In this document: piece by piece, positions 51,270 through 64,000 of the stretch
Numbering within the stretch: the stretch's first letter is position 1
How the letters are laid out: each line of letters begins with the position of its first letter
Origin: Squalus acanthias
Taxonomy: Eukaryota
Assembly: GCA_030390025.1 (NCBI GenBank)
Contig: JASTWF010000035.1
Location: 3,658,001 to 3,722,000 of the forward strand
Reading direction: 5' to 3'
DNA: 64,000 nt
The notes under the pieces: model-generated
What the model was told of the DNA's origin: nothing
Database searches by the model: none
What the model saw: only the letters and a program-made list of their open reading frames with translations
Translations under genes and position numbers: made by a program

Positions 51270-52044
51270 ATTAACTGGGATAGAATCATTGTAAAAAGTA
51301 TAGAGGGCGCAGAATTCTTAAAATGCATTCAGGAGAATCTTTTTAGCCAGTACGTAGCAAGCCCAACAAGAGAGGGGGTGGTTCTGATACTAGTTTTAGG
51401 GAATGAAGCTGGGCAGGTGGAAGGGGTATCAGTGGGAGAGCATTTTGGTGGTAGTGATCATAATCAGTTAGATTTAGCGTAGTTATGGATAAGGACAAAA
51501 ATAGACCAGGAGTAAAAGTTCTCAATTGGGGAAAGGCCAATTTTACGAAACTGAGATGTGATTTAGCAGAAGTGGACTGGAAACAGCTACTTGAAGGTAA
51601 ATCAGTGTCAGAGCAGTGGGTGGCATTCAAGGAGGAGCTAGTGGGGGTACAGAGCAAATATGTCCCCACAAAGAAAAAGGGTGGGACTCCCAAATATCGA
51701 GCCCCCTGGATGACAATGGACATACAGGGTAGGATAAGGCAAAAAAGGGAAGCTTATGTCACAGACTGAGTGCAGGGGTGAAATTAAAAAGGAAATTAGG
51801 AAAGCAAAGAGAGAGCATGAAAAAATATTGTCAAGTAAAACCAAGGAAATGAAGGAAGAAGGACAGGCAGCGTGGATTTGTTAAGCGAAGGTCTGACTAA
51901 CTTGACGAAATTGGCTCAGTGGCAGAGATCAAAGGGTAATAGTCAACGGGTGTTTTTGTGAATGGAAGGCTGTTTCCAGTGGGGTTCCGCAGGGCTCAGT
52001 ACTAGGTCCCTTGCTTTTAATGGTATATATTTAAGATTGTCTTA

Positions 52045-52877
52045 TATCATAAGATTTAGATTAGCAATGGAGAGGAGTAAGGAACAATCTGGAGTGGAAC
52101 TTCTAAACTAGAATACGGCTAACTTTAATGGGATGCAAAAGGATCTAGCCAGGGTAAAATGGAACCATAGACTGACAGGAATAACTGTAATGGAACAATG
52201 GGTGATCTTTAAGGAGGAGATGTTCCAAGTACAGGCTAGGTACATTCCAACAAGAGGGAAAGGTAAGGGAACCAAAGCAAGGGCTCCTTGGATGACAGGG
52301 GAGATAGAGAAGATGATGAAACAAAGAAAGAGGGTGTCCGGTGAATTCTTAAAGGGAGAGCTTGACCAAATACATTAAGTTGAGAGGGGATGTGAAGATG
52401 AAAATAAGATTGGCAAAGAGAGAATATGAGAATAGAATGATGGTTAACATAAAAGGGAACCCAAAAATCTTCTACCGGCATGTAAACAGTAAGCGGGTAG
52501 TAAGAGGCAGGGTGGGGCCTATTAGAGACAAAGAAGGTGATATATGCTTAGAGGCGCAGGGCAAGGCTAGAATACTCGATGTTTACTAAGGAGGTGGATG
52601 CTGACAAAATATTGGTAGAAGTGGAAAAGGTAGAAGCAATGGAAGGGGTGAAAATTGATGGGCAGAATGTACCAGAAAGGCTGGGAATGCTTAGAGTGGA
52701 CAAGTCGCCTGGTCCAGATGGCTTGCATCCCAGGTTGCTAAGGGAGTTGGGGGAGGAGATAGCGGAAGGGCTTGCCATAATTTTCTAATCTTCCCTAGAT
52801 GTGGCCTGAGGATTGGAAAATGGCAAATGTGACACCATTGTTCAAGAAAGGCTGCAAGGACAATCCTAGTAACAATC
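52045..52877 (+). mobile_element. CR1 ORF2 middle fragment
   Basis: ORFs 52133-52378, 52362-52589 and 52579-52788; same family as 32420-35046. Confidence 0.85.
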
Positions 52878-55432
52878 CTAGATAGTAGACAATCCGTGGT
52901 ATGCTCCTCCTGCGCTATGTGGGAAATCACTTCCTGTGTCCCTGACGACCATGTGTGCAGGAAGTGTATCCAGCTGCAGCTACTGGCAGACCGCACTGTG
53001 GCGCTGGAACTGCGAATGGATACATACTGGAGCATTCGCGATGCTGAGGACCTCGTGGATAGCACGTTTAACCAGTTGGTCACACCGCAGGTAAAGGTTG
53101 CACAGGCAGAAAGGGAATGGGTGACCACCAGGCAGAGTAGTAGGCGCAGGCAGGTAGTGCAGGAGTCCCCTGTGGACATCCCCCTCTCAAACAGATATAC
53201 CACTTTGGATACGGTTGAGGGGGATGGCTTATCAGGGGAAGGCAGCAGCAGCCAACTTCCTGGCACCAGGGGTGGTTCTGCTGCACAGGACGGGAGGAAA
53301 AAGAGGGGTAGAGCTATAGTGATAGGGGATTCTATTGTAAGGGGAATAGATAGGCGTTTCTGCGGCCGCAAACAAGACTCCAGGATGGTGTGTTGCCTCC
53401 CTGGTGCAAGGGTCAAGGATGTCTCAGAGCGGCTGCAGAACATTTTGGAAGGGGAGGGTGAACAGCCAGTTGTCGTGCTGCATATAGGTACCAACGATAT
53501 AGGTAAAAAAGGGGATGAGGTCCTAAAAGCTGAATATAGGGAGTTAGGAGGTAAATTAAAAAAAATAGGACCTCAAAGGTAGTAATCTCAGGATTGCTAC
53601 CAGTGCCACGTGTTAGTCAGAGTAGAAATAGAAGGATATTTCAGATGAATACGTGGCTAGAGGAATGGTGCAAGGGGGAGGGATTCAAATTCCTGGGACA
53701 TTGGAACCGGTTCTGGGGGAGGTGGGACCAGTACAAACTGGACGGTTTGCACCTGGGCAGGACCGGGACCGATGTCTTTGGGGGAGTGTTTGCGAGTGCT
53801 CTGGGGGAAGGTTTAAACTAAAATGGCAGGGGGTTGGGAACCTGAGCAGGGAGACAGAGGAAAGGGAAACCAGAATAAAAGCAAAAGTCAGGAAGGAAAA
53901 AAACAAAGGTGTCAGTCAGAGAAATCAAGGGTTTAAATCAAACGTGGCCACAGTAAATAATAATTCTAAAAGGTCTAAGAGCGTTAAAAAAACAAGCCTG
54001 AAGGCTTTGTGTCTTAATGCGAGGAGCATTCGTAATAAGGTGGATGAATTGGCTGCGCAAATAGAGGTAAACGAACATGATATGATTGGGATTACGGAAA
54101 CATGGCTCCAGGGTGACCAAGGCTGGGAACTCAACATACAGGGGTATTCAATATTCAGGAAAGATAGGCGAAAAGGAGGTGGGGTACCATTGCTGGTTAA
54201 AGAGGGGATTAACACAATTGTAAGGAAGGATATTAGCTCTGATGATGTGGAATCTGTATGGGTAGAACTGAGAAATACCAAGGGGCAGAAAACGCTAGTG
54301 GGAGTGGTGTATAGACCCCCAAACAGTAATACGGAGGTTGGGGATGGCATTGAAAGGGAAATTAGAGAAGCGTGCAAATAGAGCACAGCAGTTGGCCAGA
54401 AAAAGCGGTAACCCTGAGGATTGGGAGCAGTTTAGGATTCAACAAAGGAGGACAAAGGGATTAATTAAGAAGGGGAAAATAGAATATGAAAGTAAGCTTG
54501 CAGGGAACATAAAAACTGACTGTAAGAATTTTTATAGATATGTGAAGAGAAAAAGATTAGTGAAATCAAGTGTAGGTCCCTTGCAGTCAGAAGTGGGGGA
54601 AGTTATAATGGGGAACAAAGAAATGGCAGACCAATTAAATGCATATTTTGGTTCTGTCTTCACAAAGGAGGACACAAATAACCTCCCAGAGATGTTGGAG
54701 AACATAGGGTCTGATGAAAGGGAGGAACTGAAAGAAATCAGTATTTGCAGGGAAATGGTGTTAGGGAAATTGACGGTATTGAAGGCCGATAAATCCCCAG
54801 GGCCTGATAATCTACATCCTAGGGTACTTAAGGAAGTGGCCCTAGAAATAGTAGATGCATTGCTGATCATCTTCCAAAATTCTATAGACTCTGGAACAGT
54901 ACCCATGGATTGTAGGGTAGCTAATGTTACCCCACTATTCAAAAAATGTGGTAGAGAGAAAACGGGGAATTACAGACCGGTAAGCCTGACATCGGTAGTG
55001 GGGAAAATGCTAGAGTCCATTATAAAAGATGTAATACCAGAGCTCTTGGAAAACAGTGACAGGATCGGACAAAGTCAACATGGATTTACAAAAGGTAAAT
55101 CGTGCTTGACGAATCTACTGGAATTTTTTGAGGATGTAACTGGTAAAATACATAAGGGAGAACCAGTGGATGTGGTGTATTTCGACTTTCAGAAGGCTTT
55201 CGATAAGGTCCCGCATAAGAGATTAGCGTGTACAGTTAAGGCACATGGGATTGGGGGCAAGGTATTGACTTGGATAGAGAACTGGTTGGCAGACAGAAAG
55301 CAAAGAGTTGGAATAAATGGGTCTTTTTCCGAGTGGCAAGCAGTGACTAGTGGGGTACCGCAGGGATCGGTCCTAGGACCCCAGCTATTCACAATATATA
55401 TTAATGATCTAGACGAGGGAATTGGATGTAAT

Positions 55433-56173
55433 GGGCCAAAAATTCATGCCGCTATGCGAGAGTACGCACTGTGTACTCTCGCGTATTCTCTCTCCAATTG
55501 CCGGTTTTCTGCATGCCCTGCGCATGCGCTGAAAACCGGCACTTGGTCTTTTGAAAAGGGGGCGGTTCCTCGGTGCATCGCGTGCGCGCTACAGGCTGCG
55601 CGCACGCTGTGCACTTCATGCTTTGGACGCGCAGGTAAGTACGGAAGATTTTAGAAATGGAAAAAGGAGGAGTAAGACCCACTTTTAACAAGGTAAGTAG
55701 TGAATTAAGTATTTTTTTGAATTTTTTTTAACAGGTATATCTTTTTTAGAGACTTTAAAGACAGGTAAGTTTATTTTTATAACTTTTTAAAAGATTTTAA
55801 ATTTTTTCAAAAATTTAATTTTTTATTTAAAATGGTTAATTTATTTAACTATACTTATTTTATTAATGTGATGTTTTTTTTTAATTTAATTGAGGTTTAG
55901 CTGTTATTTTGGGGGGGTGTAAGATTCATAGATTTCACAGCACGTATGTGAAACTTATGAATGGAAGATGGTGTGCTGCCATTGGCTCTAACTGAGTCAC
56001 GTGATCCCACAGCTCGCACGAATTCACTACGCCGGTGGGATACGCAAGCACTGCCCAGCTGATGTCTGGAACATCAAGTTCGTGCGAGCTGGATCTGAAA
56101 AAGCACAAGCGGAGTGAGAGATCGCGGGGAAGCCTTACCCCCGCGGGAACAGAGCGAGATCAATTTCTGGGCC
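55433..56173 (+). mobile_element. PIF/Harbinger-type MITE (741 bp)
   Basis: GGGCCAAAAATT / AATTTCTGGGCC ends and exact 3-bp TSD AAT; host CR1 tgtaatatctcc is restored on removal. Confidence 0.9.
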
Positions 56174-56530
56174 AATATCTCCAAGTTTGCAGATGACACA
56201 AAGCTGGGTGGGAGTGTGTGCCGTGAGGAGGATGCCGAGAAACTCTAGTATGATTTGGACAGGTTGGGTGATTGGGCAGAAGCATGGCAGATGCAATATA
56301 ATGTGGATAAATGAGAGGTTATCCACTTTGGTGTCAAAAACAGGAAGGCAGATTATTATCTGGATGGCATTAGATTGGGAGAAGGGGAAGTGCAATGAGA
56401 CCTGGGTGTCCTTGTGCACCAGTCGCTGAAGTTAAGCATGCAGGTGCAGCAGGCGGTTAAGAAGGCAAATGGTATGTTGGCCTTCGTAGCGAAAGGGTTC
56501 GAGTACAGGAACAAGGATATCTTGCTGCAG

Positions 56531-58069
56531 ATGGGATATATCCTAGGATTCTTTGGGAGGCAAGGGAGGAGATTGCAGAGCCTCTGGCTTTGATCTTTGG
56601 GTCCTCACTGTCCACGGGGATGGTGCCAGAGGACTGGAGAGTGGCGAATGTTGTTCCTCTCTTCAAGAAAGGAAATAGGAATGACCCTGGTAATTATAGG
56701 CCGGTTAGTCTTACTTCGGTGGTTGGTAAGATAATGGAAAAGGTCCTGAGGGATAGGGTTTATGACCATTTGGAAAGGGGCAACTTAATCAGGGATAGTC
56801 AACACGGATTCGTGAAGGGTAAGTCTTGCCTAACAAATTTGATTGAATTCTTTGAGGAGGTAACTAAGTGTGTAGATGAAGGTAGAGCAGTTGATGTCGT
56901 ATACATGGATTTTAGTAAGGCGTTTGATAAGGTTCCCCATGGTCGGCTCATGAAGAAAGTAAGGAGTTGTGGGATAGAGGGAAATTTGGCCGATTGGATA
57001 AGTAACTGGCTATCTCATAGAAGGCAGAGGGCGGTGGTGGATGGAACATTTTCGGACTGGAGACCAGTTACCAGCGGTGTGCCACAGGGGTCGGTGCTGG
57101 GTCCTCTGCTGTTTGTGATTTTTATCAATGACTTGGAGGAGGGGACTGAAGGGTGGATCAGTAAATTTGCTGATGACACCAAGATTGGTGGAGTACTGGA
57201 TGAGGTGGAGGGCAGTTGTAGGCTGCAAAGAGACATTGATAGGATGCAGAGCTGGGCCGAAAAATGGCAGATGGAATTTAACCCTGATAAGTGCGAGGTG
57301 ATTCATTTTGGTAGGGCAAATTTGAATAAGGATTACAGGGTCAACGGCAGGGTTCTGAGGAACGTGGAGGAGCAGAGGGATCTGGGGGTTCATATCCACA
57401 GATCTCTGAAGGTTGCCACTCAAGTGGATAGAGCAGTAAAGAAGGCCTATGGTGTGTTGGCGTTTATTAACAGAGGGTTTGAGTTTAAGAACCGTGAGGT
57501 TATGCTGCAACTGTACAGGACCTTGGTGAGACCACATTTGGAATATTGTGTGCAGTTCTGGTCACCTCACTATAGGAAGGACGTGGAAGCATTGGAAAGA
57601 GTGCAAAGGAGATTTACCAGGATGCTGCCTGGTTTGGGGGGAGGTCTTATGAGGAAAGATTGAGGGAGTTGGGGCTTTTCTCTTTAGAGCGGAGGAGGAT
57701 GAGAGGCGACTTAATAGAGGTTTATAAGATGATGAGGGGGATAGATAGAGTGGATGTTCAGAGACTATTTCCTCGGGTAGAGGCAGCTGTTACAAGGGGG
57801 CATAACTATAAGGTGCATGGGGGGAGATATAGAAGGGATGTCCGAGGTAGATTCTTTACTCAGAGAGTGGTTGGGGTGTGGAATGGACTGCCTGCTGTGA
57901 TAGTGGAGTCGGACACTTTAGGAACTTTCAAGCGGTTATTGGATAAGCACATGGAGCACACCAGAGTGATAGGGAGTGTGATAGCTTGATCTTGGTCTCG
58001 GACAATGCTCGGCACAACATCGAGGGCCGAAGGGCCTGTACTGTGCTGTACTGTTCTATGTATCTATGT
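56531..58069 (+). mobile_element. Young CR1 nested in CR1 (family of 41979 and 17725)
   Basis: ORFs 56590-57663 and 57660-57989, with one frameshift in a G run. Confidence 0.93.
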
Positions 58070-58660
58070 AGTTGTACAGGGCCTTGGTGAGACCACACCT
58101 TGAGTATTGTGTGCAGTTTTGGTCGCCTTATCTGAGGAAGGATGTTCTTGCCATGGAGGGAGTGCAGCGAAGATTCACCAGGCTGATACCTGGGATGGCA
58201 GGAATGACGTATGAGGAGAGATTGGGTCGATTGGGCTTATACTCGCTGAAGTTTAGAAGAATGAGAGGAGATCTCATTGAAACTTATAAAATTCTAACAG
58301 GACTAGACAGACTAGATGCAGGAAGGATGTTCCGATGGTCAGGGAGTCCAGAACCAGGGGTCACAGTCTAAGGATAAGGGATAAACCATTTAGGACTGAG
58401 ATGAGGAGGAATTTCTTCACCCAGAGAGTGGTGAACTTGTGGAATTCTCTACCACAGAAGGCAGTAGAAGCCAATTCATTAAATATATTCAAGAAGGAGT
58501 TAGATATATTTCTTTAAAGCTAAAGGGATCAAGGGATATGGAGAGAAGGCAGGGACAGGGTACTGAATTTAGATGATCAGCCATGATCTCATTGAATGGC
58601 GGAGCAGGCTCGAGGGGCTGAATGGCCTGCTCCTGCTCCTGCTCCTGCTCCTATCTTCTA

Positions 58661-61600
58661 CCATCCTGGAGTTTCTCGGTATCCTCCTCGCAGCACACAC
58701 TCCCACCCAGCTTTGTGTCATCTGCAAACTTGGAGATATTACATTTAGTTCCCTTATCTAGATCATTAATGTATATTGTGAATAGCTGGGGTCCAAGGAC
58801 CGATCCCTGCGGTACCCCACTAGTCACTGCCTGCCACTCGGAAAAAGACCCATTAATTCCTACTCTCTGCTTTCTGTCCGCCAACCAGTTCTCTATCCAA
58901 GTCAATACCTTGCCCCCAATCCCATGTGCCTTAACTTTGCACGCTAATCTCTTATGCGGGACCTTATCGAAAGCCTTTTGAAAGTCCAAATACACCACAT
59001 CTACTGCTTCTCCCTTATCTATTTTCCCAGTTACATCCTCAAAAAATTGCAGTAGATTAGTCAAGTACGATTTACCTTTTGTAAATCCATGTTGACTTCG
59101 TCCGATCCTGTCACTGTTTTTCAAGTGCTCAGCTATTACAACCTTTATAATGGACTCTAGCATTTTCCCCACTACCGATGTCAGGCTTACCGGTCTGTAA
59201 TTCCCCGCTTTCTCTCTACCACCCTTTTTGAATAGTGGGGTAACATTAGCTACCCTCCAATCCATGGTACGGTTCCAGATTCCATCGAATGTTGGAAGAT
59301 GATCAGCAATGCATCTGCTATTTCTAGGGCCACTTCCTTAAGTACCCTAGGATGTAGATTATCAAGCCCTGGGGATTTATCGGCCTTTAATGCCATCAAT
59401 TTCCCTAACACTATTTCCCTACAAATACTGATTTCTTTCAGTTCCTCCCTCTCATTAGACCCTATGTTCCCCAACGTATAGGGGGTATGATTAAGAAGTT
59501 TGCAGATTATACTAAAATCGGCTGTGTGGTTGATACTGAAGAAGGAAGCTGTAGACTGCAGGAAGATATGAATAAATTGGTCAGGTGGGCAGAACAGTGG
59601 CAAATGGAATTCAATCCGGAGAAATGTGAGGTAATGCATTTGGGGAGGGCTAACAAGGAAAGGGAATACACATTAAGTGGTAGGACACTGAGTAGTGTAG
59701 AGGAACAAAGGGACCTTAGAGTGCATGTCCACAGATTCCTGAAGGTAGCAGGCCAAGTAGATAAGGTGGTTAAGAAGGCATACGGAATGCTTTATTTATT
59801 AACTGTGGCATAGAATACAAGAGCAGGTGGGTTATGCTTCAACTGTATAAAACACTAGTTAGGCCTCAGCTAGAGTACTGTGTGCAGTTCTGGTCACCAC
59901 ATTACAGGAAAGATGCGATTGCACTAGAGAGGGTACAGAGGAGATTTACAAGGATGTTGCCGGGAGTAGAGAATCTTAGCTATGAGGAAAGACTGGATAG
60001 GCTGGGTCTGTTTTCCTTGGAACAGAGGAGGCTGAGGGGAGACCTTATTGAGGTGTATAAAATTATGAGGGGCATAGATAAAGTGTATTTCCCTTAGCAG
60101 ACGGGTCAAAAACCAGGGGGCACAGATTTAAAGTAATTGGTGGAAGGTTTAGAAGGGATTTGAGGGGAAATTTCTTCACCCAGAGGGTTGTGGGGGTCTG
60201 GAACTCACTACCTGAAAGGGTGGTAGAGGCAGGAACCCTAACCACATTTAAAAAGTACTTGGATGTGTACTTGGGATGCTCTAACCTGCTGGGCTACGGA
60301 CCAAGAGCTGGGAAGTGGGATTTGGCTGGATAGCTCTTTGTTGGCCAGCACGGACACAATGGGCCGAAATGGCCTCCTTCCGTGCTATAAGGTTCTATGA
60401 TTCTATGATACACAATAAATGGTCGGATACTGAGAAGTGTAGATGAAGTGCATGTCCACAGATCCCTGAAGGTAGCAGGACATGAAGGCACACGGGATAC
60501 TTTATTAGCTAAGGCTTAGAATGTAAGAGCGGGGAGATTATGCTTGAACTATACAAAACACTAGTTAGGCCACAGCTAGAATACTGCATGTAGTTCTGGT
60601 CACCACATTACAAAAAAGACAGGATTGCACTAGAGAGGGTACACAGGAGATTTACGAGGATGTTGCCAGGACTGGAGAATTTTAGCTATGAGGAAAGATT
60701 GGATAGGCTGAGGTTGTTTTCTTTGGAACAGAGAAAGCTGAGGGGAGACTTGATTAACACAAGGACACAAGAAATAGGAGCAGTAGTAGGCCAATCGGCC
60801 CCTCGAGCCTGCTCCGCCATTCAATAAGATCATGGCTGATCTGATCCTAACCTCAAATCTAAAGAACACAAGAAGTAGGAGCAGGACCCGGCCACTCAGC
60901 CCCTGGGCCCGCTCCGCCACCCACAGGGCCTTGACCGATCCGAACTCAGCCTCATGTCCAATTTCCTGCCCGCTCCCCGTAACCCCTAAATCCCTTTACT
61001 TCTAGGAAACTGTCTATTTCTGTTTTAAATTTATTTAATGATGTAGCTTCCACAGCTTCCTGGGGTAGCAAATTCCACAGACCTACTACCCTCTGAGTGA
61101 AGAAGTTTCTACTCATCTCAGTTTTGAAAGAGCAGCCCCTTATTCTAAGATTATGCCCCCTAGTTCTAGTTTCACCCATCCTTGGGAACATCCTTACCGC
61201 ATCCACCCGATCAAGCCCCTTCACAATCTTATATGTTTCGATAAGATCGCCTCTCATTCTTCTGAACTCCAATGAGTAGAGTCCCAATCTACTCAACCTC
61301 TCCTCATATGTCCACCCCCTCATCCCCGGGATTAACCGAGTGAACCTTCTTTGTACTGCCTCGAGAGCAAGTATGTCTTTTCTTAAGTATGGACACCAAA
61401 ACTGTATGCAGTATTCCAGGTGCGGTCTCACCAATACCTTATATAACTGCAGCAATACCTGCCTGTTTTTAAAAACTATCCCCCTAGCAAGAAAAGCCAA
61501 TAATTAAGGTGTATAAAATTATGCAGAGCCTAGATAGAGTGGATGGGAAGGACCTCTTTCCCTTGGCAGAGGGTCAATAACCAAGGAGCATAGATTTAAA

Positions 61601-61875
61601 GTAATTGATAGAAGGATTAGAGGGGAGTTGAGGAGAAATTTTTTCACCCAGAGAGTGGTGGGGGTCTGGAACTCATTGCCTGAAAGGGTGGTAGAGGCAG
61701 AAACCCACATCACATTTAAAAAGTACTTGGAGATGCACTTAAATTGCTGCAACCTACAGGGCTACGGACCAAGAGCTGGAAAGTGGGATTAGGCAGGATA
61801 GCTCTTTTTCGGCCGCCACAGACACGATGGCCCAAATGGCCTCCTTCTGTGCCATAAATTTCCATGATTCTATGA
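58661..61875. mobile_element. CR1 fragments: 58661-59474 (-), 59475-60408 (+), 60409-60755 with 61505-61875 (+), 60756-61500 (-)
   Basis: ORFs 58651-59265, 59487-59813, 59834-60097 and 60952-61500. Confidence 0.85.
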
Positions 61876-62415
61876 TCACACTCCAGACTTGTGCCTTGTA
61901 GATGGTGGAAAGGCTTTGGGGAGTCAGGAGATGAGTCACTCACAGAATACCCAGCCTCTGCCCTGCTTTTGTCGCCATAGTTATGTGGCTGGTCCAGTTA
62001 AGTTTCTGGTCAATGGTGACCCCCAGGATGTTGATGGTTGGGGGTTCGGCGATGCTAATGCCATTGGATGTCAAGGGGCAGTGGTTAGACTCTCTTGTTG
62101 GAGATGGTCATTGTCTGGCACATGAGTGGTGCGAATGTTACTTACCTCTTATCGGCCCAAGCCTGATTGTTGTCCAGGTCTTCCTGCATGCAGGCAGGAA
62201 CTGCTTCATTATCTGAGGAGTTGTGAATGGAACTGAACACTCTGCAGTCATCAGCGAACATCCCCACTTCTGACCTTATGATGGAGGGAAGGTCATTGAT
62301 GAAGCAGCTGAAGATGGTTGGGTCTAGGACACTGCCCTGAGGAACTCATACAGCGATGTCCTGGGGATGAGATGATTGGCCTCCAACAACCACAACCATC
62401 TTTTTTTGTGCTAGG

Positions 62416-64000
62416 TATAGAAACATAGAAGATAGGAGCAGAAGTAGGCCATTCGGCCCCTCGAGCCTGCTCCGCCATTCGATGAGATCATGGCTGATCA
62501 TCCAAACTCAGTACCCTGTACCTGCCTTCTCCCCATATCCCTTGATACCTTTAGCTTTAAGAAATATATCTAACTCATTCTTGAATATATTTAATGACTT
62601 GGCCTCAACTACCTTCTGTGGTAGAGAATTCCACAGGTTCACCACTCTCTGATTCCTCCTCATTTCTGTCCTAAATGGCTTACCCCTTATCCTTAGATTA
62701 TGACCCCTGGTTCTGGACTCTCCGACCATCGGGAACATTCTTCCTGCATCTAGTTTGTCCAGACCTGTCAGAATTTTATATGTTTCGATGAGATCCCCTC
62801 TCATTCTTCTATACTCCCGCGAGTATAAGCCCAATCGACCCAATCTCTCCTCATATGTCATTCCTGCCATCCCAGGTATCAGCCTTGTGAATCTTCGCTG
62901 AACTCCCTCCATGGCAAGAACATCCTTCCTCAGATAAGGCGACCAAAACTGCACACAATACTCAAGGTGTGGTCTCACCAAGGCCCTGTACAACTGCAGC
63001 AGGACATCCCTGTTCCTATACTCAAACCCTTTTGCTATGAAGGCCAACATACCATTTGCCTTCATCACCGCCTGCTGCACCTGCATGCTTACCTTCAGCG
63101 ACTGGTGCACAAGGACACCCAGGTCTCGTTGCACTTCCCCTTCTCCCAATCTATTGCCATTCAGATAATAGTCTGCCTTTCTGTTTTTGACACCAAAGTG
63201 GATAACCTCGCATTTATTCACGTTATATTGCATCTGCCACGCTTTTGCCCACTCACCCAACCTGTCCAAATCATCCTGGAGTTTCTCGGTATCCTCCTCG
63301 CAGCACACACTCCCACCCTGCTTTGTGTCATCTACAAACTTGGAGATATTACATTTAGTTCCCTTATCTAGATCATTAATGTATATTGTGAATAGCTGGG
63401 GTCCAAGGACCGATCCCTGCGGTACCCCACTAGTCACTGCCTGCCACTCGGAAAAAGACCCATTAATTCCTACTCTCTGCTTTCTGTCCGCCAACCAGTT
63501 CTCTATCCAAGTCAATACCTTGCCCCCAATCCCATGTGCCTTAACTTTACACGCTAATCTCTTATGCGGGACCTTATCAAAAGCCTTTTGAAAGTCCAAA
63601 TACACCACATCTACTGCTTCTCCCTTATTTTTTTCCCAGTTACATCCTCAAAAAATTCCAGTAGATTAGTCAAGCACGATTTACCTTTTGTAAATCCATG
63701 TTGACTTCGTCCGATCCTGTCACTGTTTTTCAAGTGCTCAGCTATTACATCCTTTATAATGGACTCTAGCATTTTCCCCACTACCGATGTCAGGCTTACC
63801 GGTCTGTAATTCCCCGCTTTCTCTCTACCACCCTTTTTGAATAGTGGGGTAACATTAGCTACCCTCCAATCCATGGGTACAGTTCCAGATTCCATCGAAT
63901 GTTGGAAGATGATCAGCAATGCATCGACTATTTCTAGGGCCACTTCCTTAAGTACCCTAGGATGTAGATTATCAGGCCCTGGGGATTTATCGGCCTTCAA
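62416..64000 (-). mobile_element. Young CR1 3' half running off the window
   Basis: ORFs 62508-63608 and 63611-64000; tail at 62416. Confidence 0.93.

Larger units (their letters stand above)
47583..51850 (+). mobile_element. Old CR1 (ORF1 end and endonuclease) fragmented by Penelope and L2 insertions
   Basis: FNARS/AITETW (ORF 47534-47974), GDFN at ~49780, then ORFs 51246-51482 and 51485-51769. Confidence 0.75.
52878..58660 (+). mobile_element. Near full-length CR1 (ORF1 Cys motif + SGNH esterase, ORF2, tail) with an internal deletion at ~54392 and two nested insertions
   Basis: CSSC..CRKC, GDS, HIGTND and DGLH; ORFs 53653-54381, 54338-55432 and 58072-58517. Confidence 0.92.

Noticed and set aside
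54338..55654. RT with a novel C-terminus
   Set aside because: The tail is read-through into the inserted MITE, before the FADD motif.
58625..58651. (CTCCTG)n run
   Set aside because: Simple slippage expansion of the normal CR1 3' UTR motif.

Overview
Vertebrate genomic DNA; the repeat mix (dominant CR1 LINEs, hammerhead-bearing Penelope elements, a Deu-domain SINE) suggests a cartilaginous fish, which is an inference. The window lies inside the + strand gene FBXO41. Two consecutive coding exons (3778-3873 and 42971-43089) join in phase across a 39.1-kb intron, and almost everything else is nested transposon sequence. The repeats are dozens of CR1 copies from several families (one with an open 980-aa ORF2), an RTE LINE, L2 fragments, Penelope elements, PIF/Harbinger and Tc1/pogo-type DNA elements, a solo LTR and a SINE. 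The most interesting observations are: (1) an in-frame U UUA AAC slippery heptamer at the CR1 ORF1 stop, with ORF2 in the -1 frame; (2) an RTE insertion with a twin-priming-type 5' inversion, split by 7 kb of nested CR1; (3) minimal hammerhead ribozyme motifs in tiny or palindromic Penelope insertions; (4) a 241-bp locally templated inverted copy at a CR1 5' junction; (5) a Harbinger MITE carrying promoter motifs and splice donors. Repeat boundaries were read by eye and are approximate unless a TSD or TIR is quoted.
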